DNA from: Eledone cirrhosa
Taxonomy: Eukaryota
DNA length: 64,000 bases
Direction of reading: 5' to 3'
Assembly (NCBI GenBank): GCA_964016885.1
Contig: OZ024742.1
Span: 333,188,001-333,252,000, forward strand
The notes under the pieces are model-generated. The model was not told the origin of the DNA. It made no database searches and saw only the letters and a program-made list of their open reading frames with translations. A program made the position numbers and the translations under genes. Shown here piece by piece: positions 47,483 to 62,046 of the stretch (the stretch's first letter is position 1; each line of letters begins with the position of its first letter).

Positions 47483-49379
47483 ATTGTGGAGTCTGATAAT
47501 TCGACTTGCATAAAAGGTAGTAAAGCCTGGGTAAGCTCTCGCTTGATGACCATCCGATGTTGGATGAGATGTTTGCTTTTTCAAAGTAGCTGAGGAAATT
47601 CTAATTGGAACGTATGTTTGGTTTCCATCACTTATGCTCATATGTTTATGCAGGGACTGGCGCAATTGCTTAATCACATTGAAGGATACAGGTGAGACAT
47701 TAACCCTTGGCTTGTGATCACTATTACAATCAGTGTTGTTCGTTGATATAAATAGAAATGACGTCATCATGCATGCTCTTCTTTTAGATTCAAGTCATAA
47801 TCGCATTAGACATTCTGAAGCCGTAACCCGACCATGGATTGAAAACAAACAGGCAATGAGGTTGGTTATTCAGGATAGAAAGCCCAGCTAAAAAACATGT
47901 TGCCAGTCATGTGATGGGTTTCTGAACGGAAGAATATCCAATGATAACGAGCTCAGAGACAGCAGTAAAAGCGTAATGTCTCAGAAACTACTGTTATGAC
48001 CGCGGCACTATGCGAGGCCCCAACATATTGAAAGAGAACAATTAGTTCTTAATCCCAGTAACATTCTACTAATATCTTGTTCCGATTAGGAAGAATTGGT
48101 AAATTGTCGGTGAGACGAAAAGGAATTATAAAACAATGTCAAGTGAAGGCAAGTAGAATGAGTTGAATTTCCTTCATTTTCTGGCTATCTAAAAGGTACG
48201 CAGTTATTCGAAAAGCAACTGAAGAACTAATGAACGATGTATGAGAATTTGCCAAAATACCTTGTGAAAACAGGCTCAAAATATGAGGAGGGTGCAGTGA
48301 AAATCACATTTCAGAGCTATTAACTGTTATACAACAATTACCATTAGGGCGTGACTTCTCTCTTACAGACTCCTACACATCATTTGATTACATACTCTTT
48401 CATGCACAGCATTTTCAGATACAGAGTACAATGTTTATGGAAACTGAACGTGGCCAGGAACATGATTCACTAATCACACCCAGTTGGAAGCTTCACAAGT
48501 TTCTGTCGATGAGTTACTCTGAATATGAGTATTTATATTTTCATCACACATATAAAGGCTTACCCACGCAGTCTGTCGCACACACACAAACTCTCAAACC
48601 CAGACAGACATATATGTATATAAATTCATGTACGTATTCTTGTTATTTGAAATATAATAAAAATACTTAATACGTCAAAATGTATTATATAACTACTTTT
48701 TCAACTGCCATTGATTTTTGTATTTCTTATCTACATATGTTCACATGTTTTTTGTAACAGCATTGTAAAATATAATTTGTATGTATGAATGTGCATCGTT
48801 ACAGCCTCCATCAAAATGATTTGCGGTCTTCGTTTCCGCTCTTGAATTTATCTGTTCAAAACGCAATGGACTCAATTTTGGCTGGGTCATCGATATATTG
48901 TAGCAGTTTTATTAATCGATATATATAGCCAAAGAACTGAGTGAATATTGCCTGGCTCAACATTTAAAAACGTTTTTTTATGAACATCTGAGTGGTAATT
49001 AAGCGCAATGGATAATTCATTGAGAAGTAAAACCCACAATTGGTTTCCACACGTAATTATCTTTTCATCTCATTTCCAGTCTGTTAAATCCACTCTGAGA
49101 TAAATGTGTATCACAATAGCCTCTGTGTAGGCCTATGTAGGAGCGTGGCCTAGATATTACAGCATTCGTCTCAAGATCGTAAGGCCGTAATTGCAATTAC
49201 CAAAGTAAACAGTTTCACGCGGCATCTCACCGAGGAAAATGTTACGTGTACATGTGTCTGTGAACTTAACTATTTCCACATTAATTTCAGGAGAAGACAG
49301 TTTCGGTGATCATACAACTGGTATATTCTTCATCAGAAACATTGAAGACAAACACTCACGACACTATGTCGTCATACTT

Positions 49380-49720
49380 CCTTTAAGTCCCATTCAGTCA
49401 CGAATGACCATGGATTTGCACCTAGAAAGTTTCCTCCGAGGCATAAGCCTCGGCAATGTTTATTTTGTGGAAGACCAGTAGACGCCCATGCATACCAGCC
49501 TCTCCTCTCAACGCCACTAATGTTGTCCAAAGGAAAGGCAATGACCGATACAGCTTGGCACCAATGACGTCGCTTCTACAGCTTTCTACAGCTGAGTAAA
49601 CTGGAGCAACGTGAAAGTGCCTTGCTGAAGGACACAACACATCACTTGCTCCGAGATTCGAACCTCACAACCTTTCAATTGCAAGCCGAATGCTCTAAAT
49701 ATTAAGCCATGCATCTTCAC
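49380..49720 (-). mobile_element. SINE family S2, long copy with an RTE/BovB-like tail
   Basis: tRNA head at 49650-49720 and CORE-like tgtccttcagcaagg; the minus strand ends ccatggtcattcgtgactgaa. Confidence 0.62.
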
Positions 49721-50969
49721 ATGTCATCATACTAGTAACTAGGAAACTATGCATCCCGTTGTTGCAGTTGTGCTTCGATGCTGATGCACTTCACTAAGCT
49801 GTATAATATACCATTAGAGCATTATGTTCATCAGTGTGACAATCGCTAGTTGTAGAAAAGTTAAACTAAAGAAATTGTGCAGTATTCAGTTTAATTTTAG
49901 TCTCTCCTGTCACGTATGATTTTCGTCTTAACAGTATTGACTTCAATAGTTTTGAATTAATCATATTACCAAAAATTCAAATTAGAAACGATATGACTTC
50001 AAGTACGTCACACATACTCCTTGAAATTCTGAATACTACAAATCAACAATGCACTCTGAAGTGGGTTGGTCTTATCATTAATAGATATCCGTTCTACTTC
50101 AACTAGAAACCAGAGCATTCTACTTTCCTTGCTATTGACTTCAAAACACTTTTCACAGATAACACAAAAGTTAAAGCAACTCTCATACACAAATGAGTAT
50201 GTAGGTTTCATACAATTTAATATATCCTCATTACGAGGTCATTAGTTTATTACCGATTGAAGGCATAAAGTTTTCTAACTCCTTATTTTCTCAGTTGTCA
50301 GTTGTCAGTTGTGTTGCCTTTTGAAATATATTTAAATAGTATATTACTATGATTATAAAAACTTCACCTCAATGTCATCCATCAGAATTTCACGTATCTA
50401 CGAAATCTGTGAGAGCAGAATACAATGAAACTTATATAAATGAAAATATATATCAACTATGACACCTATTGTAATTAAGCATCAGTAGGATTGATAGGTA
50501 TATTCTATAAAATCAAAATAATAATAAAGACTACATCATGCATTAAACGAAACCACAAATTAATCCGAAAATATACTTCAAAAACAGAAAAAAATGAAAT
50601 CTGTTTAGCAACAAAAAACCGCAAACCTGAAAGCCAGCGGTCAAGCTACAAACGAATGTGCTCTTGTACACAAATGATTGTAAACGTGAACGATGTAAAT
50701 CTCACGACTCCACCAGTTATATTAGTCAGGTCATAAGAGTACATTATTTTACCATCGGCTGTCAAAGTATATTTCCAATGCATCACAAAAACACTATACG
50801 AAAGAAAACCAAACTAGTTAGGAAAATGCTAGGGGAAAACATATCTATTCCCCACATAAACATATATTTATGTGTGTTCTGTGAGCAAAGCTCTGTACGA
50901 GTAGGATTCACCATTGGAATGTATAAATTTATTAAAATACATTTTGTAGTACTAATTAGATACTTGTGA

Positions 50970-51180
50970 TGGTGGAGTAGCCGAATCACCACAACATCAG
51001 GCTAAATAATTTTCAATCTTTAGTTATGGCCCTTTCTGAGTTTAAATCTCATTTAATTCATATTTGCCATTCATCCTTCTTAGATAGATAAGAAAGACTA
51101 CAAGTTAGGTACTGGCTGGAATTAGTTGACGCTTTGAACCCCACAAAATGCTGGATTATACCTAAATTAGTAACCAATAT
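50970..51180 (+). mobile_element. Decayed SINE family S1 copy
   Basis: ttctgagtttaaatc...tttgccattcatccttc...aaaatgctgg. Confidence 0.55.
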
Positions 51181-52652
51181 TAATTACATATTAACCAACA
51201 TGAAGAAATTCTGTAGTTTCAATGTTATATTTTTAAGATTGTGTTGAATTTAAACAACGTCCGTTACTTACCTGTTTTACTTAGAAAACCAAATATTTTT
51301 TAGCTTTTAAGAGGTCACAGAAGTTTCTAAAAACGACATTCAAATACTGCCCATACCACATATGCCACCATTTCATATAAGGAAGGACATATTGGAAAGT
51401 TCTTAATTTTATTTAAGCATGTCATTCATTTCCATGCTGAAGCAGCACTTTCTAGCCATCTGAAAAATAAAATACTAGATTGTCAAGTTTAGAATGCCTT
51501 TGGTCCTAGGTATCCTCATTCATTGCTGACTTCGGGTAAAATACAAGAATATGCTGGATTCGTCATTGGTAAACTAGAAAACAAATAAAGAATGTTTGCG
51601 TTTCCGTTAATCATTGTCAGATGGGTATATGGTCATAAATTTAGATAAGGTTATGTTTTATGGTTTTGTTCAAAAGAATGGAAATCTTTCCATTGTTTCC
51701 TGCTCCTCTCGTACGGCAAATGTTTAGGTTGAGAATTTATAATTCGACATATGTGGAATGCAAAAAAATATAGATAGCGGTGGAATTACAGCGGTGTAAC
51801 ATATTGGTGGAGGAACGAATTGGTAATGGGGGATAATGTGGGGCTTGAATAACACAGATACATAATCGGTTATACAAAGTAGATAAATTATTTGGCTAGA
51901 TAAAACATTGATGCCGATGGCATGGGTCAGCCAACTCTAAGAAGCAGGGCCTTTTGTAATGCTGCCTTCACTTCCACACTTCAAGTTTCCCGAAAAAAAA
52001 CCCAGAGTCATTGGCGAGCTGAAGGGTGGAGCAGTTTACCAGCCCCCCAATCCGTCCCTGCCAATAGCCCGGACTGGGGTTGTTGCAAAGTAACAGTATA
52101 TACAGAAGAGTTTGAATTCGCACATCAAGAGGCTACAGGATGGAGATTATGGTTTAAAGGGTTATTGTTAATGAACAAGATTTCCATGTGTATGTAGCCT
52201 TAAGCCATCGCTCTGTTTATCATTATCATTTGACATTTTAGTTCTCTGGCGAAAAAAAAACACTGACAATTCAAGCCAGATATCAATTTTGGGAATAACA
52301 CACTCGTAACGCACCATAGACTTGAGGTACAGGAAAATATAATAGCAGTGGGGTGCTATTCCTCCCTCAATAAACTTAACAAAACACAGGCTACACACAG
52401 TTTGTAGTTCTTATATTCTAAAGCCAAATCAACAGAGAATTCGAACTAAATCTTGTTTGAAAATATAATACAGAGCAGAAAACTATGAATTAATACAAAG
52501 CAATATTTGGTTTCAAAAGTATATTCTTTTAAGCACACACACACACATACACACATACACACTCATATACACACACAAAGACACACCATTTATAAATGTA
52601 TATGAGGTTATTGGTCTTCCAACAAACAATCTGAAATAATGGTTATTTAGCC

Positions 52653-52694
<42 letters not shown>

Positions 52695-52703
52695 TTCTCT
52701 CTC

Positions 52704-52734
<31 letters not shown>

Positions 52735-53033
52735 TTGCATGTGTGTGTATATACTGATAAATTCACACAGTTATATATATATATATAAACATACATATAT
52801 ATATATGAAGTGAGAGAGAGAGAGAGAGGGAAAGAGAGATTAAGATAGAGAGAGAGAAAGAGAGTGAAAGAAAGAGAGACGGAGCGGGGCAGTAAGAAAA
52901 CTAAGGGAAGTGTTATGTTTGTTTAAGATTGAAACAGAGATAGATAAAAATACATATATAGTGATTTAAACCAATTTACAGAAAAAACTAACGGCAATAT
53001 CTATATTGATATAGGAATGAATGTTTTAAAATA

Positions 53034-53207
53034 ATTGTTTCTACTTTTGGCACAAGGCCAGCAATTATTGGTACTTTATTTTATCGACCCCGTAAGGATG
53101 AAAGTCAAAGTCAACCTCGGCGGGATTTGAACTCAGAATGGAAAGGGCCGTAACTCTATACGTCAAAGCATGTCGTCCGACTCTCTTCCAATTCTGCCAA
53201 TACACCG
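53034..53207 (-). mobile_element. SINE family S1 copy
   Basis: ttttatcgaccccgtaaggatgaaagtcaaagtcaacctcggcgggatttgaactcagaa. Confidence 0.82.
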
Positions 53208-53494
53208 TTTTAAAATAATGGCATATATTCTACCATGATACATATATTGCTATGCCTTTGTCGATGCTTATTATTTTTATTTTAAACGATATTTGTTCAA
53301 CGCATTAAATCTTCATCTTTGCAAACACATAAAAACTAGAGATAAATAATTACAAAATAGGTAGCATTCCGTCTAAATCATTCACATGCTTCAATGAGTG
53401 TGCAAATCACAAACGAATATTATGTTTTCAATCACACAGACAACCAATTACAATGTGAGATGTAAGTTTGTAGATATATAAATCTGCTTGATAT

Positions 53495-55118
<1,624 letters not shown>

Positions 55119-56373
55119 ATAGCTGACGTACCTAGCTTCACTTAGATAAACAGACGATAAGCCGTCTGTGCAGTATAGTATTAATGTTGAAAATATATGG
55201 TACAGTATTAATGTTGAACAAAATATATACAGTATTACTGTTGAAAATATATAGTAATACTGTTGACAATATATAGTATAGTAATACTGTTGAAAATATA
55301 TAGTATAGTACAGTATTACTGTTGAGAATATGTAGTATAATATTACTGTTGAAAATAAATAGTACAGTATTACTGTTAAAAATATATAGTTTTGTATTAC
55401 TGTTGAAAATATATAGTACAGTACAGTATTACGGTTGAAAATATATAGTATATTACAGTATTGCTGTTGAAAATATATAGTACAGTATTACTGTTGAAAA
55501 TATGTAGCATAGTATTACTGTTAAAAATATATAGTACAGTATTACTGTTAAAAATATATAGTTTAGTAATACTGTTGAAAATATTTAGTAGAGTACATTA
55601 TTAGTGTTGAAAATATATAGTGTAGTACAGTATTACTGTTGAAAATATATAGTATCGTATAGTATTACTGTTGAAAATATGTAGTACAGTATTACTTTTG
55701 AAAATATATAGCAAGGTACTACTGTTGAAAATATATAGTATAGTGCAACTGTTGAAAATATATAGTATAGTATTATTGTTGAAAATATATAGTAGAGCAT
55801 TACTGTTGAAAATATGTACACGAATATATAATTATATACAGTATATATATATAATTAATTAAAAGTTGGCTAGAAGCGAAGTCAATGCAGACAGGCAGAC
55901 ATACAATCAGATATTATAACCGCGCGACGTTATAGATATGTATCTATCTAAAAAGACGGAATAAGAAAGAGAGAGGAATTTCGTATTATATATATTATAT
56001 ATAATAAAATACCAGTAATGTACACCTCACTCCCGTCAGCTTTATTAATATAGACAGAGATAGACAATATACACAGAAGTTTAATCCATGTTACATAAAA
56101 AAAGACATTATTATATATAAACTGCAAAATATATGAATGTTTGTTTAAGCGTTCGCTAACCGGAAATATTCACATTTGAACATTTTAAAGAAGTGAATCT
56201 TTAAATAAACAATAACATATCTTTAAACAAGAATGACTGAATTTAGTAGAAAAAAAATCGCCTACCTTCCTTGGAAAATGCTATATCTATTGTGGAAATT
56301 TGGTGCCGTTTGGTCCAGCCGTTTTGCCAACAGTTTGTTACATACATACAGCCGTCAGATTTATTAATATAGA
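55119..56373 (-). mobile_element. Non-autonomous Helitron-like element with an internal minisatellite
   Basis: The minus-strand 5' end is A|TCTATATTAATAAA, with subterminal aaatttggtgccgtttggtccagccgtttt...acatacatacag. The other end, tagctgacgtacctagcttcacttag, resembles a decayed CTAG plus hairpin. Confidence 0.55.
55171..55818. repeat. Minisatellite, ~27-32-bp unit AGTACAGTATTACTGTTGAAAATATAT, about 20 copies
   Basis: Read directly. Confidence 0.92.
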
Positions 56374-56399
56374 TGTATAATATATATATATATATTATA

Positions 56400-57447
56400 T
56401 ATGTAGGAGGTGAGTTTTATTGTAGTACAATAAAGCAATGCAGATATCGGATAAGAAGCACTCTACAGTTTGTAGGACTGGAGTATGCATAATATAAGAT
56501 CAAAAGATGGTTAAAGGAGTTCCATGTATTTTATTATGCGCATTTCAAAAACAAACATCATCATGCAATAATATTTGTGTTTTCATCAGATAAAACAGGA
56601 GAACATGATATGAAGGCTAAAAAACACTTGTGGATAGTGCAGTTTTAAATCAACATATGAAAAGTGGTTTTAGATTGATGTGTGATATTGGGGAAAAAAA
56701 AAAAAAAAAATAAATAAAAAAAATATTTTATTTAGAGAGGGGGGGGGGTGGAAAGGATGAAAAGGGAAGGAGATGAGAGGGAGAGATGGGTGATAGAGAG
56801 AAAGAGATAGTTTTTATAACTGAGAGGAAATATATTTTTTACATAGAGAGGTTGAAAACCGTTGGAAGATACTGTATAAATTAAAAATTTTGAAAATTAA
56901 CGAAGGGAGGATATGTGCGAGGAAAAAATATTTTATTTAGGGGGGGGGGGTGAAAAAAGGGGGAGGAGATGAGAGTGAAGGTGGAGAGGGAGAGATGGGT
57001 GATAGAGAGAAAGAGATAGTTTTTATAACTGAGAAAAAGATATATTGTTTTAACATAGAGAGGTTGGGAACCGTTGGAAGATAATGTATAAATTAAAGGA
57101 ATTTGAAAATTAACGAAGATAGAGAGAAAAAAATAATAATTGTGGATGAATATTCTAACGTCAAAAAAAGAAATGTATGTATTGTGGCAATTTCAAAATT
57201 AACGAAGAGAAAAATTATTAAATAAAATATATATATTTTTTTTTCCCAATATCACACATCAATCTAAAACCACTTTTCATATGTTGATTTAAAACTGCAC
57301 TATCCACAAGTGTTTTTTAGCCTTCATATCATGTTCTCCTGTTTTATATGATGAAAACACAAATATTATTGCATGATGATGTTTGTTTTTGAAATGCGCA
57401 TAATAAAATACATGGAACTCCTTTAACCATCTTTTGATCTTATATTA
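56400..57447 (-). mobile_element. Family A-related foldback element: ~210-bp arms, spacer with a ~205-bp tandem duplication
   Basis: 56490-56700 is the reverse complement of 57236-57447, and 56720-56905 is repeated at 56925-57118. Confidence 0.85.
56528..56596 (-). ncRNA. Minimal type I hammerhead ribozyme
   Basis: GTTTTAT-CTGATGA-AAACACAAATATTATTG ca TGATGATGTTTGTTTTT-GAAA-TGCGCA-TA-ATAAAAT. The mirror copy at 57341-57409 has ATGATGA. Confidence 0.83.
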
Positions 57448-57498
57448 TATATATTATATATATAGTTATTTACATATATGTACTTATATATATATGTA

Positions 57499-57577
<79 letters not shown>

Positions 57578-57579
57578 GC

Positions 57580-57623
<44 letters not shown>

Positions 57624-57659
57624 TATATTCAGCATATTATCTATATCAATTTATACAGC

Positions 57660-57734
<75 letters not shown>

Positions 57735-57739
<5 letters not shown>

Positions 57740-58200
57740 ATATTAATAAATGGAAAGTATATTTATAAAACTATATTTATTTTATTATATATATTTCAAG
57801 GGCAACCAGGAAAATTATTGTGCGCTTTCATCAGATAAAATACAGATTTGTTTCATAAATAAATATTGACACACCCGGAAAAATGAGAACCGTAACGGTT
57901 GGAGCCTCCAGGAAGCTCAAACCGTTAAGGTTGTCTTTTTTTCGGGTATGTCAATATTTATTTATAAAACAAATCTGTATTTTATTTGATGAAAGCGCAC
58001 AATAATTTGACTGGTTGCCCTTGAAATATATATAATAAAATAAATATGGTTTTATAATAAAATAAATATGGTTTTATAAATATAGTTTCCATTTATTAAT
58101 ATATTGTTTATTTACTCCACTAAAATGTTGAGTGCTTTATATCAGTTATAACATTTTTTAAGCTTGTTGAATCCCAACAAATTAAATATAACCTCTGCAT
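57735..58200 (+). mobile_element. Family A foldback mini-element (palindrome centred ~57910)
   Basis: 57735-57905 is the reverse complement of 57915-58105, and the tail matches 11365-11497. Confidence 0.85.
57779..57841 (-). ncRNA. Minimal type I hammerhead ribozyme (family A)
   Basis: ATTTTAT-CTGATGA-AAGCGCAC...GTTGCCCTT-GAAA-TATATA-TA-ATAAAAT. The mirror copy at 57979-58041 has TTGATGA. Confidence 0.75.
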
Positions 58201-58395
58201 ATATATATTTATATATATGAAAACAGGGAGAAAAAGACGATTATTAGGAAGAAAAATGTATTTTTTTACTTTTTATCTTTCCTCTCATTTTTTTAAAGTT
58301 TGGACAGTAAACAGAAAGCAAAAAATAAACGTGAAGGCCAAGAGGCAGTACAAATGTTATTATTTGTTTCACGTTTGAGAGTGGGGGGTGCGGGA

Positions 58396-58425
58396 CGACG
58401 TTTCAGGCATAAGCCCTTCATCAGG
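58396..58425 (-). ncRNA. Minimal hammerhead core in a decayed PLE-like 3' region (~58218-59234)
   Basis: C-CTGATGA-A-GGGC ttat GCCT-GAAA-CG-TC-G; stem I is almost lost. Confidence 0.65.
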
Positions 58426-59375
58426 AGAAAAGTGGGCAGGAAGAGAGTTCCAAGGGTATGTGGGGTGTGGTGGAAAGATATTAAAAAAATTGTTGAGTCT
58501 GGAGGCTGAGTGTGTGTGTGTGTGGGGGGGATACGAACGTGTGTCTGTGTGTTTATATGTGGTGTGAGTGTATGGTGGCGTGGTGCGAAAATACTGTAAG
58601 TGTTTGTGTGTGTGTGTGTGTTGCTGGGGTTTTTCAACGGATTGTGTGCTCAGATGTTGGAGATTTTGATTGTTTCGGGAGCGATGGGGCAGTGGTGTAA
58701 AATCCTGGTATGGTATTGAGGATGTGATGTGTTGTGGGGTGCGCGCGCAGCAGCAAGAGGTCAGAGGATCAAGGCAGGGCAAAGGAGGTGGGAGGAAGGA
58801 GATGGCAGTAGGGATATGACAGCCGCCGTAGTGTGGAGGCTGACAAGTATAGAGAGGTCTGGGTGTGTGAGGAATGTGTGTATGTGTGTGCGGTGGACAG
58901 GGGAGGGATGAGTAGGTGTGAAAGGTGGAGGGGAGTGTATATTAGTGGGGTTGGGATGTTGGCAGAGCGGGGAAGAGAAGGTGTTCGGGACGGTAGGATG
59001 GTGTGTAGTGTACTGGTGTGTGTGCGTGTTTGGATATAAGTGTGTGTGTGTGTGTGAGGTAGCGTGGGTGTTGGTATGGCTGGTGTTGGGGGAAGGGATT
59101 GAATGCGGGTGTGTGAATGGGGGTTGGTGGTGATAGTGTGTGGAGTGGGTGGTGTATCAGTGTGTGGGTAGGCATGGGTGAGTGTATGTGTGATGGCGTG
59201 TGTTCGTGTTGGTTTGTGGTGAGGGGGAAGGTGTATATATAAATATATATATATATGTACATATACACGGCATGGACGAACCTAAGGAGACTAAGATATA
59301 TATATATATATATATATTATTTTTATATGAGTCCCCAGTGTCCGCGCATCGCCTGGAGACTCGGCTGAGAATGAC

Positions 59376-59455
59376 CTCCCTGATGACGCAATGAAATTCT
59401 CAACAGTTCATTAGGTAACTGTCTTTATCCCATTGCAGAAACTAATTAGTTGGAG
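59376..59455 (+). ncRNA. Type I hammerhead ribozyme, copy 1 (predicted cut after 59451)
   Basis: CTCC-CTGATGA-C-GCAATG...CATTGC-A-GAAA-CTAATTAG-TT-GGAG. Confidence 0.88.
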
Positions 59456-59929
59456 TGAAAATTTAAGTAAGTTAATTTTTTTTTTTTTAATTTTTTTAAA
59501 TTTTCTTATTTTACGCCTTTTATATTATTGTTCTGCATTCTCCTGCATTGAACCACCTAGGTACTATGACATAACCGGTGTATTTTCTGGCATTAGCGTA
59601 CATCTGTGCGCTTATGTTAGTTGATATATTAAATTATCTATATTTATCTCCAAATCACTGATTTGTCGAGCAAACCTGCCAAAACCACTACTAAATAAAT
59701 ATTTTTGGGGGGTGTTAGTAGGCGCCTGTCATCTTACCATCCCATTCCTACTGACTTGCCTCCGTGTCACGTGATTGATTCTTTAGAATCGGTCATATGA
59801 TCAGTGGCAGTGAGAATTTTCAGTAGCTGGAATCCAGTCCTCGATAGCTGTTCCATTTACCGAATTAATATTATTTTTATATGAGTCCCCAGTGTCCGCG
59901 CATCGCCTGGAGACTCGGCTGAGAATGAC

Positions 59930-60009
59930 CTCCCTGATGACGCAATGAAATTCTCAACAGTTCATTACGTAACTGTCTTTATCCCATTGCAGAAACTAAT
60001 TAGTTGGAG
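59930..60009 (+). ncRNA. Type I hammerhead ribozyme, copy 2 (predicted cut after 60005)
   Basis: Same core and stems as copy 1, 554 nt downstream. Confidence 0.88.
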
Positions 60010-60192
60010 TGAAAATTTAAGTAAGTTAATTTTTATTTTTTATTTTTTTTTAAACATTTTCTTATTTTACGTCTTTTATATTATTGTTCTGCATTCTCCT
60101 GCATTGAACCACCTAGGTACTATGACATAACCTGTGTATTTGCTGGCATTAACGTACATCTGTGCGCTTATGTTAGTTGATATATTAAATTA

Positions 60193-60239
<47 letters not shown>

Positions 60240-60269
60240 TTATATATATATATGCATATTATATATAAA

Positions 60270-60331
<62 letters not shown>

Positions 60332-60362
60332 ACATAAACAGAGAAAGCCTTAAGCGATACTC

Positions 60363-60413
<51 letters not shown>

Positions 60414-60417
<4 letters not shown>

Positions 60418-60573
60418 AACAGGTAGGACACCGACGGGTGAGCTCACGCCGTTTCGACAGTTAATTCTGGACTAATGTTAGTCTTACTTGTTCCTATTAC
60501 CCACTCTACTACCCTAGGTATTGAGTACTTCGGTGCGTTATGGTCCATCTGGTTCCTTACCACATCTCTTTCG

Positions 60574-60611
<38 letters not shown>

Positions 60612-60794
60612 GGAACCAGTAAGACCCCGACAGCTGAGCTCAAGCCGTTTCGACGGCTAATTCAGAATTAGCCGTCGAAACGGCTTGAGCTCAGCTGTCG
60701 GGGTCTTACTGGTTCCTATTATCCACTCTACTACCTCAAGTATTGAGTACTTTGGTGCGTTATGGTCCACCTGGTTCCTTACCACTTTTCCTTC

Positions 60795-60800
<6 letters not shown>
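60414..60800 (+). mobile_element. Two adjacent family D foldback mini-elements (60414-60577, 60608-60800)
   Basis: 60608-60720 is an essentially perfect palindrome centred on aattcagaatt. Both share the tail and are TA-flanked. Confidence 0.85.
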
Positions 60801-60860
<60 letters not shown>

Positions 60861-60863
<3 letters not shown>

Positions 60864-61192
60864 TAGTCTCCTTAGGTTCCTCCACGCCGTTCGGCGCATC
60901 GAGCGCAGTAAGTACTCGCCAACGATCACAATGAGCGGCGTCTTTTTCGCGTCCGTGCCAGGTGATGTTGGCTGCCATCAGGGCTTTTAGGAACGTTCGT
61001 CACCAGGTGATTCTGGGGCAACCCCGCCCCCGTTTGCAGCCTGGTGGAGTCAAGTCCATCACTGATTTCGAGTATCAATCGTCGGGCAGCCGAAGAATAT
61101 GACCAGCAAGGTGGCACTGATGCTGCGTGACCATCCTCTCTAGCGTCCACGCTTGATTGCCATATTTCGTGTTTCGCGCTCGGTTGCGAATA
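60861..61192 (-). mobile_element. 5'-truncated RTE/RTE-X-type LINE 3' end
   Basis: The minus strand reads HLAGHILRLPDD*...TPPGCKRGRGCPRITW*RTF...ITW...AAHCDRWRVL, and the tail is cctaaggagactaaga. Confidence 0.7.
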
Positions 61193-61222
61193 CACACACA
61201 CACACACATATATATATATAGG

Positions 61223-61279
<57 letters not shown>

Positions 61280-61342
61280 GTAAATATCTTTAAGTCGTTT
61301 GGTAGCCTCGACAATTCAAATGGGTAAATCTCCGGGTAACAA

Positions 61343-61881
61343 GGTCCGGTGGTGGAGAGAGAGATGTAAGTGGGTGTACGTTGAGATGCGTGGTGTGTAT
61401 AAGATGTGTGAGATGTGTAGAATGAAGGGAAGAGTATAAAGGATAAAATAAAAATAACAACACAAGAGAGAGTTACCTTTGGAGAGATTTAATAGTCCCT
61501 ATATATTTCGGATTCACATTCATCAACTGGGGTTTTTTCCGGGGTGGGGGAAAGGGTTGTCTGTCGGACAAGTCCGGAACGCGTCCTTCGCTGTTTGTTG
61601 TTTTGAATATCTGATATTCAAAACAACAAACAGCGAAGGACGCGTTTCGGGCTTGTCCGACAGACAACCTTTTCCCCCACCCCAGAAAAAAACCCAGTTG
61701 ATGGATGTGAATCCGAAATATATAGGGACTATTAAATCTCTCCAAAGGTAACTCTCTCTTGTGTTGTTATTTTTATTTTATTCTTTATACTCTTCCCTTC
61801 ATTCTACACATCTCACACATCTTATACACACCACGCATCTCAACGTACACCCACTCACATCTCTCTCTCCACCACCGGACC
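61343..61881. repeat. Near-perfect 539-bp palindrome (foldback mini-element) with a variant HHR-like motif
   Basis: Arms 61343-61610 and 61612-61881. CC-CAGTTGA-T-GGAT gtga ATCC-GAAA-TATA-TA-GG lies at 61693-61726. Confidence 0.9.
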
Positions 61882-62046
61882 TATATATATATATATATAT
61901 ATATATTTAAAAGTTAAACAAGGTTCAATGAATAAATCAAAGAATGAGTTTTACAATAGATAGGAAGCACTCAACAGTTTGGTTTTCCAGAGTTATTAAT
62001 ATTAATTCAATATATTAACAAAATAGATATACTTGTGATCAAGTAT

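Larger units (their letters stand above)
59316..60193 (+). mobile_element. Retrozyme-like non-coding element: ~1.6 tandem units of 554 bp, each repeat carrying a hammerhead
   Basis: 59316-59638 is repeated at 59870-60193 with a ~230-bp unique spacer. There is no recognisable ORF, and microsatellites flank it. Confidence 0.85.

Noticed and set aside
55171-55818. Regular ~27-32-bp repeat resembling a CRISPR array
   Set aside because: The units are head-to-tail with no unique spacers, there are no cas genes, and the DNA is eukaryotic.
60630-60700. Family D GTC-GAAA-CGGC-TT as a hammerhead
   Set aside because: No CUGANGA box in any copy here and stem III does not pair, so it is kept only as a foldback family.
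61473-61751. Paired 90-aa ORFs on opposite strands
   Set aside because: They arise from the palindrome and have no recognisable protein features.
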